Source: an uncultured Flavobacteriales bacterium
GTDB lineage: Bacteria > Bacteroidota > Bacteroidia > Flavobacteriales_D > Parvicellaceae
Length of the DNA: 64,000 nt
Assembly: GCA_943788115.1 (NCBI GenBank)
Contig: CALSPA010000016.1
Span: 6,001 to 70,000 of the forward strand
Reading direction: 5' to 3'
Each line of letters begins with the position of its first letter. The stretch's first letter is position 1. The notes under the pieces are model-generated. The model made no database searches. It was not told where the DNA came from and saw only the letters and a list, made by a program, of their open reading frames with translations. Made by a program: the position numbers and the translations under genes. Below are positions 27,929-38,549 of the stretch, piece by piece.

Positions 27929-28903
27929 ATGATTAACAATAAAAATGTATTAGTTACTGGGGGTGCTGGGTTTATAGGAAGTAATTTATGTGAAGCATTA
28001 TTACAAAACAACAACACTGTTACTTGCTTAGATAATTTCATTACCGGAAACAAAAAAAACATTTCTTCTCATCTTGAAAACCCAAAGTTTAAATTGATTG
28101 AAGGAGATATTAGAGACTTAAAAGATTGTGAAGCTGCTGTTAAAGGAAATGAAATAGTACTTCATCAAGCTGCACTTGGATCTGTGCCTAGATCTATTGC
28201 TGATCCATCAACAACAAATGAAATTAACATAAATGGATTTCTTAACATGCTTATAGCAACTCAAAATGAAGGGATTAAACGTTTTGTTTATGCAGCAAGC
28301 TCATCAACTTATGGTGATTCTAAAGAGCTACCTAAAATTGAAGAGAACATCGGAATGCCTTTATCTCCGTATGCAGTTACTAAATATGTGAACGAGTTAT
28401 ATGCTCATGTATTTTCTAACCTTCATGGTTTAGAAACCATTGGACTACGATATTTCAATGTATTTGGAAGAAAACAAGACCCTAATGGAGCATATGCAGC
28501 AGCAATACCTAAATTTATTAAAGCTTTCATGAATCATGAATCACCAAAAATAAATGGAGATGGATCTCAAACAAGAGATTTCACATACATAGACAATGTA
28601 ATTCAAGCCAATTTATTAGCTGGTTCTACAAATAATAAAGAAGCATTAAATAAAGTTTACAACATAGCATGTGGAGATCAATCCATCTTAATTGAATTAG
28701 TAGAAAAATTAAGAACTTTATTATCCTCTTTTGATCCGAAAATTAAAGAAATTAAAATTAACCATGGACCAGAAAGAGTTGGTGATGTTAAATACTCTCT
28801 TGCCTCAATCGAAAAAGCAAAAACATTAATTCAATATAATCCTACTCACGATGTTAACAAAGGTTTAGAAGAAGCAATACAATGGTATTGGGATAACTTA
28901 TAA
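27929..28903 (+). CDS. NAD-dependent nucleotide-sugar epimerase (WbpP/TviC-like SDR)
   Basis: VTGGAGFIGSNL Rossmann motif, YAVTK catalytic motif (YxxxK) and RYFNVFG. Confidence 0.8.
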   Translation: MINNKNVLVTGGAGFIGSNLCEALLQNNNTVTCLDNFITGNKKNISSHLENPKFKLIEGDIRDLKDCEAAVKGNEIVLHQAALGSVPRSIADPSTTNEININGFLNMLIATQNEGIKRFVYAASSSTYGDSKELPKIEENIGMPLSPYAVTKYVNELYAHVFSNLHGLETIGLRYFNVFGRKQDPNGAYAAAIPKFIKAFMNHESPKINGDGSQTRDFTYIDNVIQANLLAGSTNNKEALNKVYNIACGDQSILIELVEKLRTLLSSFDPKIKEIKINHGPERVGDVKYSLASIEKAKTLIQYNPTHDVNKGLEEAIQWYWDNL

Positions 28904-28933
28904 AGTATTTTGAGTAATTAGTGTTAACAAATC

Positions 28934-29881
28934 ATGCACACTTCATATAAGAGATTTAAGCTTAGAGTAATTTACCCTATTGTTATATGGTTACAAAATT
29001 TAATTTTTGGTAAAAGAGCTAAATCAAATAATATTAAAAATTACAATGATCCTTTTTTTATAATTGGTTCAGGAAGAAATGGAAGCACATTGTTAGGCGG
29101 CATGCTAAACACAAATAACAATGTATTTATACCTCCTGAACAATACGTTCTAGGATATTCACTACTGAAATGGAACTTAAAACGTTATAAAAAATGGGAA
29201 GCAATATCATCTGAAATTATTAATGATTTTCAAATAGATAAAAACACGTGTAACTGGAACACTTCTTTAGAGTCTTTTAAAACTGATGTTAAAACAACTA
29301 TCGAAGAAAAAAGAAATTTCAGCAACTTAATCGGAGGCATTTTCAATTTTTATGCTTTATCAAAAAATAAGACATTTACCATTTATGGTGATCAATCTCC
29401 AATTACCACACATTTTTCTAAAAGGCTAATTAAAGAATTTAGCGAAAGTAAATTTATAATTCTAATTAGAGACCCTAGAGATGTTGTGCTCTCCTACTCT
29501 AAAATAAAAGATCATCCAGCAAGAAACATGAGCCATGCCCTATGGAAATGGAATGATAGTATTGAAACTTATGATTATTTAAAAAAATTAAATAGTGGAA
29601 ATATATTAAGTATTAAATACGAAGATTTGGTTTCCAATCCTAAAGATTCCTTAATTTTAGTTTGCGATTTTTTAAATATTCAATACAATGAACAAATGCT
29701 TGACACCTCTAAATCCGCTGAAAACCTAGGAGTTAAAAAGTTAAACATTCACGCAAATTTGAGTAAGAAAATAAATACAAGTGCTGTAGGTAAATGGAAG
29801 GAAGAATTAAATGAAAATCAAATAAAAAAAATAAACAACCTAACAAAAACTAATCGTTTACGTTTTGGTTATGATGACTAA
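28934..29881 (+). CDS. PAPS-dependent sulfotransferase family protein
   Basis: 5'-PSB-like FFIIGSGRNGSTLLGGML and 3'-PB-like FIILIRDPRDVVLSY motifs. Confidence 0.7.
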   Translation: MHTSYKRFKLRVIYPIVIWLQNLIFGKRAKSNNIKNYNDPFFIIGSGRNGSTLLGGMLNTNNNVFIPPEQYVLGYSLLKWNLKRYKKWEAISSEIINDFQIDKNTCNWNTSLESFKTDVKTTIEEKRNFSNLIGGIFNFYALSKNKTFTIYGDQSPITTHFSKRLIKEFSESKFIILIRDPRDVVLSYSKIKDHPARNMSHALWKWNDSIETYDYLKKLNSGNILSIKYEDLVSNPKDSLILVCDFLNIQYNEQMLDTSKSAENLGVKKLNIHANLSKKINTSAVGKWKEELNENQIKKINNLTKTNRLRFGYDD

Positions 29882-29904
29882 TAAATTAGCTAAAACCATT
29901 AAAC

Positions 29905-31005
29905 ATGCCTAAACTGGCTATTCTTGCAGACCCACACTCAACACATACCATAAAATGGGTGAAAAATCTATCAAGAAAAGGTTTCCAAATACTACTAATT
30001 GGAATAAGCGACAAACCAACATCTCTGTATAACGATGTTCCCAACGTCACTTGTGAATGCTACATAGTTAATAAAAAAGTCCAAAGAAAAAGAAAACTGG
30101 ATTTCATTAAACTAACTAACCTTAAACATTTTTTTAAAATCAAAAAAACAATTAAAGATTATGATCCTGATATTTTACATTCATTTTATGCAAGTAGCTA
30201 CGGCCTTATTGGTGCCTTGTGCTCAATAAAACCATTTGTTATTTCAGTATGGGGGTCAGATGTTTTTGAATTCCCAAAAAAATCAATCTTACATAAATTT
30301 ATTTTAAAATTCTCACTCAATAGAGCCACTTGTATTTGCGCTACAGGACAAGGGTTAAAAACAGAATCTGAAAAATATACATCGAATAAAATTCATGTTA
30401 TTCCATTTGGGATAGACATAGACTACTTCAAACCAGTTACCAAAACTCAGAAGAATACAATAACAATTGGCACAGTTAAACATTTCAAAAAAATTTATGG
30501 AATTGAAACCTTAATAAAATCAATTTCCTTGCTAAAACAAGATAAAAATTATTCAAACTTAAAATTGCTACTTATTGGAGATGGTGAAGAGAAAAAAAAC
30601 TACATAAAACTTGCAAATAAATTAGGAATAGTAAATGACATAAATTTTACTGGCTTCATTAGTAATGAACAATTACAACCGCAATATCAAAAAATGGACA
30701 TTGTAGTTATACCTTCTATTCGAGAAAGTTTTGGTATTTCAGTTTTGGAAGGCATGTCTTGTGAAATACCATTAATAGCATCTGATATAAGTGGATTTAA
30801 TGAAGTTGGAAATAATGAAACTATAACATTTTTTGAACCAGAAAATGAAATTGATCTTGCTAATAAAATTAAAGCTTGTATTACAGATTACAAAGCTTAT
30901 AAAGTAAAAGCAGTAAAAGCAAGGGAGAGAGTTGTAACATTATTTAGTGAGAAGGCTTGTTTAGAAAAAAAGGTGAATCTTTACAAACAATTGCTAGACA
31001 AGTAA
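29905..31005 (+). CDS. glycosyltransferase family 4 (GT-B)
   Basis: RESFGISVLEGMSCEIPLIASD (E-x7-E region). Its 3' end overlaps the convergent 30944..32281 ORF by 62 nt. Confidence 0.8.
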   Translation: MPKLAILADPHSTHTIKWVKNLSRKGFQILLIGISDKPTSLYNDVPNVTCECYIVNKKVQRKRKLDFIKLTNLKHFFKIKKTIKDYDPDILHSFYASSYGLIGALCSIKPFVISVWGSDVFEFPKKSILHKFILKFSLNRATCICATGQGLKTESEKYTSNKIHVIPFGIDIDYFKPVTKTQKNTITIGTVKHFKKIYGIETLIKSISLLKQDKNYSNLKLLLIGDGEEKKNYIKLANKLGIVNDINFTGFISNEQLQPQYQKMDIVVIPSIRESFGISVLEGMSCEIPLIASDISGFNEVGNNETITFFEPENEIDLANKIKACITDYKAYKVKAVKARERVVTLFSEKACLEKKVNLYKQLLDK

Positions 31006-32281
31006 AAAAAGTAAATATCATTACACCTGCATGCCTCTCCAACATAGATTCTAAACAAAAATTAATCAAGAAAATTAACACAAGGCCAATACTAAAATAA
31101 GAATAGTGGTGTTTGTTGAGAATAAAAAATAATAAAAATAGAGTTATTAAGGGCCCTAAAAATCCAATCATAATCCACAATTGAAAAAAAGTATTGTGAG
31201 CATTGTATTTCTTTTTTATAATGTGCCTCAAAAGATAAGGTTCTTCGTTATATGCTTTTAACAATTGAGAATTTGCATCTCCTGTACCATAACCGAAAAC
31301 AACTGACTGTCTAATTAATCCAACTGATTTCTCCCAAATCTTCCATCTTATTGCAGTACTTTCAGTTGGGTATATAGGAGTGTCTTGAAGCACAATCCTC
31401 TCAACATTTGAAACCATGTTCTGTACTCTTTTGTTAAGAATTAATAAAATTGAAAAAACGACTAAAAAAGAAAGGAAAAACAACTTAGGGTATAAACCTG
31501 AAGATGATTTAACAACCTGAATTGATTTAACAAAAAACAAGGAAATTAAAACAATTACACCAGCTTTAGATGAAATTAAAAAAATCAAAATTGAAAGGGC
31601 AACAATAAAAATATATCTTAAGATAGAAGAGAAATTAATTTTCTTATGTAAGAATAAAAACAATGCAATTGCTAAGTTCATTAACATAGAATAATATGAA
31701 GAATGATGAAACAAATCAAAATCAGCATAAAACCCATCAACAGTTAAATTGCTCTCGATTGATAAATTAATAATTGACAAAACAACCGAGCATGATAAAC
31801 CGGCTATAAATGCATTGAAAATTACGTTTATTTTAATTAGATCTTTGTTAATCAAAAACAGAAATGGAGCTACAATAAAAGGAATAGAAACTTCTATTTT
31901 ACTTACTCCCTCATTTATATTGTCTGAAATAAACAACCCACAGATCAATAACAAGTATAAAATAACGAGTAAAAATATTGCTTTTGAATCTCTCAAATAA
32001 AGAAGGAAATTGGTCCATACATAACCTCCTATTGTTAAATAAAAAATAGTGAACAACAACCAAATTGCTAATGAATAGGAAGAAGCTAGCATATGCAATG
32101 GAAGAGTAAATGCAAAAAGAGCTGCACCATTAGAAGACATCCATTTCGATAAGTTTCTAAATGTTATTTGAAAACCATTAATCACTATTTTATTCTTTGA
32201 TTTAAAAAGATAAGTACATATTTTGCTTAAAATTAGAAAAATTGAAGAGATGACTAGTAATAAACAAACTGCAAACAACAA
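30944..32281 (-). CDS. O-antigen ligase / Wzy-like polymerase family membrane protein
   Basis: About 10-12 TM segments and a Wzy_C-like loop FGYGTGDANSQLL...YNAHNTFFQLWIMIGFLG. The true start may be an internal Met (for example MSSNGAALF near 32143). Confidence 0.6.
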   Translation of the reverse strand: MLFAVCLLLVISSIFLILSKICTYLFKSKNKIVINGFQITFRNLSKWMSSNGAALFAFTLPLHMLASSYSLAIWLLFTIFYLTIGGYVWTNFLLYLRDSKAIFLLVILYLLLICGLFISDNINEGVSKIEVSIPFIVAPFLFLINKDLIKINVIFNAFIAGLSCSVVLSIINLSIESNLTVDGFYADFDLFHHSSYYSMLMNLAIALFLFLHKKINFSSILRYIFIVALSILIFLISSKAGVIVLISLFFVKSIQVVKSSSGLYPKLFFLSFLVVFSILLILNKRVQNMVSNVERIVLQDTPIYPTESTAIRWKIWEKSVGLIRQSVVFGYGTGDANSQLLKAYNEEPYLLRHIIKKKYNAHNTFFQLWIMIGFLGPLITLFLLFFILNKHHYSYFSIGLVLIFLINFCLESMLERHAGVMIFTFFTCLAIVCKDSPFFLNKPSH

Positions 32282-32960
32282 CCAATCTTCAAATGTGACA
32301 TCTCATTTTTTAAAATTCGGAAAAAATAACAAGTTAGGAATTCTAATTGTTTTTATTCTTTCTATAGCCTATGCCTTATACATTGGTTACAAATACAAAC
32401 CATTATACACCAGTACTGGAATATTAGATAGTAAGGAGGTTGTAAAAAGGGATGTTATGAAAGAAATAGTACATGATTTTTTTAAATCTAAAGAACATTT
32501 AGACATTAAAACTCATCAATTAAGAGCTGACACTTTTAAGTTAGGCACAAGATTTTATTTAGATATTTATATGTTTAGTAGTTCTACTGAAAAAATAGAA
32601 AGTGAACTTTTAAACTATATCACATCAGATTCAATAATAAAAAATTCAATTAATGATAAAGCCAATAGTACATTAAGAATTATTAAATTAATAAACAAAC
32701 AATTATTAGCGGACACATTAAATGCTAACAATGGATTTATTGGCAATGAAAACACTAAACTTAAATTAACTGAGAAATTAATTGAAAAACAACAATTACT
32801 TGTTTCTCTTGAGAATTACACCCCCTTTCAAAAAAGTTTTGGGATCCCTGTTGTGATAGAAAAAACAAGAATAAACTTTATTAAAAACTTTTTCAAATGC
32901 TTCATTTCATTAATTATTGTTCTTCTAATTTTTTCAAATTTTAAAAACAAAATCAGCTAA
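32250..32960 (+). CDS. Wzz-like chain-length-determinant (PCP) candidate
   Basis: N-terminal TM followed by PLYTSTGIL, then a helical periplasmic region and a C-terminal TM (FISLIIVLLIFSNF). ATG at 32250 is preferred over TTG at 32223. Confidence 0.4.
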   Translation: MTSNKQTANNNQSSNVTSHFLKFGKNNKLGILIVFILSIAYALYIGYKYKPLYTSTGILDSKEVVKRDVMKEIVHDFFKSKEHLDIKTHQLRADTFKLGTRFYLDIYMFSSSTEKIESELLNYITSDSIIKNSINDKANSTLRIIKLINKQLLADTLNANNGFIGNENTKLKLTEKLIEKQQLLVSLENYTPFQKSFGIPVVIEKTRINFIKNFFKCFISLIIVLLIFSNFKNKIS

Positions 32961-34233
32961 TAGCATAGTTCTTATTTACTGAAATTTTCAAAACAACAAG
33001 AGCAATAGATAACAGTATCCAAAAAGGAAAAAAATAAATTATAGAACTGCAACTTACTGCACTAATTATTAACCCTAATAAAGCGATAGCTGATGCTTTA
33101 GATACATAAATAAGAAAGGGGTCATTAGTTTGGTGGATCTTAAATAATTTATTTACTATCAAAAAATACCAACCTATAAAAATTAAGAAAAAAACAATTC
33201 CAGCATCAACTAATATCTCTAGCCAAAAATTATGAAGACTGGTTAATTTATTTGCCACCTTTCCATTTTTTTCTTGAATAAACTTTGAACTTCCTGCTCC
33301 AGCACCTAACCATAAATTATCATCTAACTCATCTAAAGCATTTTTCATAAGCTCTTGTCTTGCTCCAAGTGAATTAGAAGTTTGCTTATTTTCAAACATT
33401 CCAAATACTGCATCTATAGAATCAGAAATTCTATTACTTACTGAACTAAATGGATTTAGTTTGTTAGGAACGATAAATAAAATAAGACATAAACTCATTA
33501 TAGCTAAAAATACTTTTTTTGAAACAATAAATTCTTTTAAAAAAATAAATAAAATCATTATTAAAACAGAGAGCATTACTCCTCTAGAATTAGTTGCACC
33601 AAGAACAAAAAGCAACAATAAAGAACCCAGATATTTAATCCATTTATTAGTACTTAGCAATGTGAAAGGTAACGCTAAGCTAAGGAGTGTTGCTAAATTA
33701 TTTGGATTCCAATGAAACCCTGTAGGAACTGATAACAATAAAGACTTAACAGATGAACTAAGGTTTTGATCTATTTTATATCCATGACCAAAATAGGTGA
33801 CCAACTTTGAGTATGGAGAAATTGGATACCTAAAACTTGAATACATTTCTAATAAACAAATTAATACTTCAACCAATAAAACCGAACCTAAAACAATTAA
33901 TACATTTTTCAACTGTTTTATATTATTAACACTAAAAAATGTGATGTAAATTATAGCTACTCCAAAAAACAGGTATCCTAAATACTGAATTGAATAAAAT
34001 AAGTTTGGTGACCAAAACATAGAAAGTAAATAAAAAAGAAACATTAAAGCAGGGAAAACTGTAATAAAAGCTGGTTTGTTTAGAAAAAAATACTTTACTT
34101 TTTTAAAAGGAAAAACCAAAAGAGAAACAAAAAAAACAAGGTGAAAAGCATAAATTTTACCGAAAGAAATACCTAATCCAATAAATGCAGAAGCTAAAAA
34201 GACATAAACAATATTTTCTTTAAACTTTAACAT
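32953..34233 (-). CDS. second O-antigen ligase / Wzy-like family membrane protein
   Basis: Multi-TM protein with NSRGVMLSVLIM and LGAGAGSSKFIQ...LTSLHNFWLEILVDAGIVF (Wzy_C-like loop). Confidence 0.6.
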   Translation of the reverse strand: MLKFKENIVYVFLASAFIGLGISFGKIYAFHLVFFVSLLVFPFKKVKYFFLNKPAFITVFPALMFLFYLLSMFWSPNLFYSIQYLGYLFFGVAIIYITFFSVNNIKQLKNVLIVLGSVLLVEVLICLLEMYSSFRYPISPYSKLVTYFGHGYKIDQNLSSSVKSLLLSVPTGFHWNPNNLATLLSLALPFTLLSTNKWIKYLGSLLLLFVLGATNSRGVMLSVLIMILFIFLKEFIVSKKVFLAIMSLCLILFIVPNKLNPFSSVSNRISDSIDAVFGMFENKQTSNSLGARQELMKNALDELDDNLWLGAGAGSSKFIQEKNGKVANKLTSLHNFWLEILVDAGIVFFLIFIGWYFLIVNKLFKIHQTNDPFLIYVSKASAIALLGLIISAVSCSSIIYFFPFWILLSIALVVLKISVNKNYAIS

Positions 34234-35474
34234 TTTATTTTACTCTCAACAATTCTAACTTCTTCATCAAATCTTTCTTCCCAAGTCCAAAGATTTTTTT
34301 CAGAAAAATTCAATAATTCACTTGTTATATTTCTATTTAATTCATCATCTTTAACAAGCAGGGCTAAATCATTAGCTACTTTATCATAAAAACTATCTTT
34401 TGGTGAATAAATAAAACCAGTCTTTTTATGACGTATCCATTTAGATGTATCACCATTAGAAAGTGTCATTATTACTTTATTCATTCTCATTGCCTCTAGA
34501 AGCGGATTACCAACATTTGACAGATCATAAAATGACATAAAAACATTACAAACTTTTAAATAATTTGGAACCTTGTAATTGGGAACAGCACCAACAAATT
34601 TGATTTGATTTCTAAGCTTTAAATCATCAACAAGTAGTTCTAATCGAGGTCTATCAATGCCTTCTCCTACAATTAAATAAACCAACTTATCTTTGAAATC
34701 TGGATATTTATTGCAGAAGTGATTTACAATATTAATTACTCTATCAACTCTTTTCCATGATTCAAGTCTACTTACAGAAATAAGAGAGATTTTATCTTCA
34801 AGGTTGTAATTTATTTTAATCTCATTACATAATTCATTATTTATTGAGCTGAAATCCACACCATTAACCCAAAATCTAAAATCTGGATGTTTGGGTTGAA
34901 TTTTACCCATTATAAAATCCCCTTGAGTACCATCATCTGTCATAATACATAAATCAGACTTAAAGCGCATAGCTAAATAAAAATCTACATTTAACAGCAA
35001 CTTTAAATACCTTTTACTCTTATAATACAAAGCCATCCAAGTTCCTTGAAATCTAGAGACTGTAATACGGTTTCTTGCCTTACCAAAAAATTTTAAAAAT
35101 GATACTGTTCTTGTTCCAATATGTTCGTAACCATATAAAACAGAGTACTCATTATTTCTAATGAGTCTTATAGCGTGAAAGAGTAGTTGATAAACTCCTA
35201 TGTAGGAAATAATCTTATTTGCTATTGTTCTTAAAATTTGAAAAGGAATAACATTTAATAAATAACTGAAAAAAAAGTGATGTCTAAACACTTGAACACC
35301 TGAAGGATTTAGAGGCTCTTCATAATAATAGTTTCCTCTTTTAGATACATCTCTTAAAACAAGATAATGTACATCCCATCCTCTTTTAACGTATGCTTCT
35401 GGAGTTTTACGAATGACTTGTATAGATTTCTCTTTAAAATCTATTCCACTAATAAATAGAATCTTTTTAGTCAT
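34227..35474 (-). CDS. glycosyltransferase family 4
   Basis: GT-B C-terminal region with NVGNPLLEAMRMNKVIMT (E-x7-E-like). Confidence 0.7.
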   Translation of the reverse strand: MTKKILFISGIDFKEKSIQVIRKTPEAYVKRGWDVHYLVLRDVSKRGNYYYEEPLNPSGVQVFRHHFFFSYLLNVIPFQILRTIANKIISYIGVYQLLFHAIRLIRNNEYSVLYGYEHIGTRTVSFLKFFGKARNRITVSRFQGTWMALYYKSKRYLKLLLNVDFYLAMRFKSDLCIMTDDGTQGDFIMGKIQPKHPDFRFWVNGVDFSSINNELCNEIKINYNLEDKISLISVSRLESWKRVDRVINIVNHFCNKYPDFKDKLVYLIVGEGIDRPRLELLVDDLKLRNQIKFVGAVPNYKVPNYLKVCNVFMSFYDLSNVGNPLLEAMRMNKVIMTLSNGDTSKWIRHKKTGFIYSPKDSFYDKVANDLALLVKDDELNRNITSELLNFSEKNLWTWEERFDEEVRIVESKIKC

Positions 35475-36054
35475 CCAAAGAGGATTTTATAAGCTTAGCT
35501 GGGTTTCCTGCAATTATTGAATTTGAAGGGAAAGATTTAGTTACAACTGATCCAGCCCCAACAATTACGTTATTACCTAGCTCAACTTGTGGTAAAATTG
35601 TTACGTTAGCTCCTAACCAAACATTGTCACCTATTTTAACGGGTTTAGTTTTCGAATCCTTAAATTCGTTATTAACCCCATGATTTACAGAAATTATTGT
35701 AGTTCCAGGTGCAAACAAAAAATTAGCTCCTATTTCGATACCTTGAAGTGCTTGAATATAACAATTGTTGCTTAAACAAAAGCTTCCAACTGTATTACTA
35801 TCTCTATGAAGTTTAATGTTTTTAAACCCAATAACCCTTGAAGAATAATGGACAGGGAATTTTACTTTTGAATTGACTCTAAAAATTCGTTGAAATAAAA
35901 AATTTACCCATAAAATAGGAAAAGGAACTCTTGTTAATTTCCATTGAAAGAAAAAATTATTTATAAACGGGATAAATTTAAAAACCCTAAGAATATTTTT
36001 AATTGCTCTTCTCATTATCCAACTGAATACTCGATTTAAATAAAATTCTTCCAA
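35467..36054 (-). CDS. hexapeptide-repeat O-acetyltransferase (WcaF/LbH type)
   Basis: IGDNVWLGANVTILPQVELGNNVIVGAGSVVTKSF hexapeptide repeats. The annotated 5' end overlaps the upstream flippase by 56 nt, so an internal Met at ~36015 is possible. Confidence 0.7.
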   Translation of the reverse strand: MEEFYLNRVFSWIMRRAIKNILRVFKFIPFINNFFFQWKLTRVPFPILWVNFLFQRIFRVNSKVKFPVHYSSRVIGFKNIKLHRDSNTVGSFCLSNNCYIQALQGIEIGANFLFAPGTTIISVNHGVNNEFKDSKTKPVKIGDNVWLGANVTILPQVELGNNVIVGAGSVVTKSFPSNSIIAGNPAKLIKSSLDD

Positions 36055-37267
36055 GAATTAGAAAATGTACAAACCCTGTAAAAGACATAAAAATAAAGGA
36101 ATATATGTAATCCCCTATTTCATATCCAATTATAACAGAAAGAATTTGAAAAACAAAAAATGACACATTGAAAATCAACTCTGTCTTAAGTCTACCTGAG
36201 CTAATTAATAGTGTACTTTGGGGAGAGAATATAAATCTTAACACATAAAATAACATGAAAATTTGAGCGTAATGTCCAGATACTTCCCATACATCTCCAA
36301 AAACAAAACCAAACAATAATGGACCTGAAAATAGTAATACAAACGATGGAATTAAAATCAATATAAACAACGCTTTTGAAGTTTTTAAAAATAGATCTCG
36401 GTGACTAGTTCTATCCATCTGATTGGTCTGCTGATAAAAAACCTGAGAAACAGATTTACCAATTGTCATTAAAGGTAAATTTAAAACTCTGAGAACTAAA
36501 GCATACCAGCCCACTATGTCGTTGTTCTGAAAAAGATAACCAATCAAAAGTATAGGAACCTGATTAGCAAGTAGGTTAAAAAAAATACTAACCCCATTTT
36601 TAAGAGGGAAATCTTTGAATTCTCTCATACTTAGCAAAATATCATCTTTTGCAGGAAACTCTTTTAACACCTCTTTAAAACAACCTAACGTAAGTAGAAT
36701 CGCGGCAACAAATTGACCAACTAATGTTCCAATAATCAATCCTCCAGGCAAATACTTCATCCATCCAATAGTAATATTAGTAGCCGATGTGAAAACACTT
36801 CTTGAAACTAACGTTCCAGACATCAGTTTATACTTAGAAAGTCTATTAGAATAGAAATTAGCAGCCTGATAAACACCAATTAAAAAAATAGAAATAGGAA
36901 TCAAATAAATAAACTGTATTAATTCTTTGGCATTAAAAATTAAAGCGAATTTTTCTCCAAAAAGAAAACAAAAAAGTGTGATCAGTAAAGTGAAAATTGA
37001 AGTGAAAATTATACTAATTACATATAATGCATTTGCTTTTACATTTTCTTTGGGAAGCATTATTGCAACTTCATACCTTCCTCCAGCAATAACACTAATT
37101 ATTCCAGTAATTGTTAAAAAGTAAGCTAAAACAGCAAAATCATTGGGAGAATATAATCTTGTAAGCAAAACACTAGCCAAAATAGGAATAAGCTGTCCAA
37201 TAACATTTCCTGATAGTAAAAGGGCTACATTTTTAACAAATTGGCTATTTCTTAATCGCTGTATCAT
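35999..37267 (-). CDS. Wzx-type oligosaccharide flippase (MOP superfamily)
   Basis: VKNVALLLSGNVIGQLIPILASVLLTRLYSPNDFAV N-terminal signature and ~12 TM segments. Confidence 0.7.
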   Translation of the reverse strand: MIQRLRNSQFVKNVALLLSGNVIGQLIPILASVLLTRLYSPNDFAVLAYFLTITGIISVIAGGRYEVAIMLPKENVKANALYVISIIFTSIFTLLITLFCFLFGEKFALIFNAKELIQFIYLIPISIFLIGVYQAANFYSNRLSKYKLMSGTLVSRSVFTSATNITIGWMKYLPGGLIIGTLVGQFVAAILLTLGCFKEVLKEFPAKDDILLSMREFKDFPLKNGVSIFFNLLANQVPILLIGYLFQNNDIVGWYALVLRVLNLPLMTIGKSVSQVFYQQTNQMDRTSHRDLFLKTSKALFILILIPSFVLLFSGPLLFGFVFGDVWEVSGHYAQIFMLFYVLRFIFSPQSTLLISSGRLKTELIFNVSFFVFQILSVIIGYEIGDYIYSFIFMSFTGFVHFLILGRILFKSSIQLDNEKSN

Positions 37268-37299
37268 TAAGCACTCGAAAGTAATCTTATTTTTGTAAT

Positions 37300-38526
37300 G
37301 TGAAATTACTACTTATTACTCAATATTTCCCGCCTGAAATTGGTGCTCCTCAGAATAGATTGTCTGAACTGGCATTAAGATTAATTGAAGAGGGTGTTGA
37401 AATTACTGTTCTTACAGCAATGCCCAACTATCCTCAAATGGAAATTCATGAAGATTATATAGGTAAAAAAAATTGTGAAGAAAAATTTGGTAGTTGTACA
37501 GTTCACAGATCAGCTATTTATGTAAGTAAATCCAAAACAATTACAGCAAGGCTTAGAAATTATTTTTCATTTGTTTGGTCTTCATATAACTATGGAATTA
37601 GAAAACTAGATGGAGATTTTGATGCTGTCTTTTGCGAATCACCACCTCTTTTTCTAGGTATAAGTGCTTTTTTAATAGCTAAGAAGAAAAAAGCTAAATT
37701 CATATTTAACGTATCAGATTTGTGGCCAGAAAGTGCTGAAAAACTAGGAATTGTAAAAAACAAATTATTTCTAAAATTAGCAACTATCCTTGAGGAATTT
37801 CTTTACAAAAAAGCAGCTTTAATTACAGGACAAACTAGAGGGATAACCGCTAACATCTCTAATAGATTTCCCAATAAAAAAGTTTATTGGCTTCCCAATG
37901 GTGTAGATTTAAACTTTTATAATCCAGCAAACTTCTCAAAAGACTGGAGAGAACAAAACAACTTCGACAAAGAAGATGTACTTTTTTTTTACGGAGGAAT
38001 AATTGGACATGCACAAGGTCTAGAAATAATAATTCATACAGCAAAAGAATTACAAGACAATTCAAACATAAAATTCATCCTTTTAGGGAGTGGTCCTGAA
38101 AAAGAAAAACTAATTACACTGTCAGAAAATCTAAAATTAGAGAACCTATTTTTCTTTGATGCAGTACAAAAAACTAAAATGCCATCAATAATATCTTCAA
38201 TTGATTGCTCAATTATTCCATTAAAAAAACTAGATCTTTTTCTTGGAGCAATTCCTTCTAAAGTATTTGAATGCTTGTCTATGGAAACGCCAATTCTACT
38301 TGGGGTTGATGGAGAGGCAAAAGGTTTATTTATAGATGAGGCAAATTCAGGCTTATATTTTGAGCCTGAAAACGTTGAAGCACTTAAAAATGGTGTGTTA
38401 AAACTCGCTAAAAACAATGAGCTTAGAAAAAAACTAGGTAAAAATGGAAGAACATATGTAAACAATCACTTTAACAGGAATCAGATAGCTAAAGAATTAA
38501 AATCCTGTTTGCAAGATTTATTTTAA
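37300..38526 (+). CDS. glycosyltransferase family 4 (WbuB-like)
   Basis: MKLLLITQYFPPEIGAPQNRLSELALRL and SKVFECLSMETPILL. GTG start. Confidence 0.8.
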   Translation: MKLLLITQYFPPEIGAPQNRLSELALRLIEEGVEITVLTAMPNYPQMEIHEDYIGKKNCEEKFGSCTVHRSAIYVSKSKTITARLRNYFSFVWSSYNYGIRKLDGDFDAVFCESPPLFLGISAFLIAKKKKAKFIFNVSDLWPESAEKLGIVKNKLFLKLATILEEFLYKKAALITGQTRGITANISNRFPNKKVYWLPNGVDLNFYNPANFSKDWREQNNFDKEDVLFFYGGIIGHAQGLEIIIHTAKELQDNSNIKFILLGSGPEKEKLITLSENLKLENLFFFDAVQKTKMPSIISSIDCSIIPLKKLDLFLGAIPSKVFECLSMETPILLGVDGEAKGLFIDEANSGLYFEPENVEALKNGVLKLAKNNELRKKLGKNGRTYVNNHFNRNQIAKELKSCLQDLF

Positions 38527-38549
38527 ATTAAATATCTTAAAGCTAAGAA

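Noticed and set aside
38034-38465. 143-aa minus-strand ORF (and 37859..38065)
   Set aside because: It is antisense to a well-supported GT4 glycosyltransferase and has no motifs.
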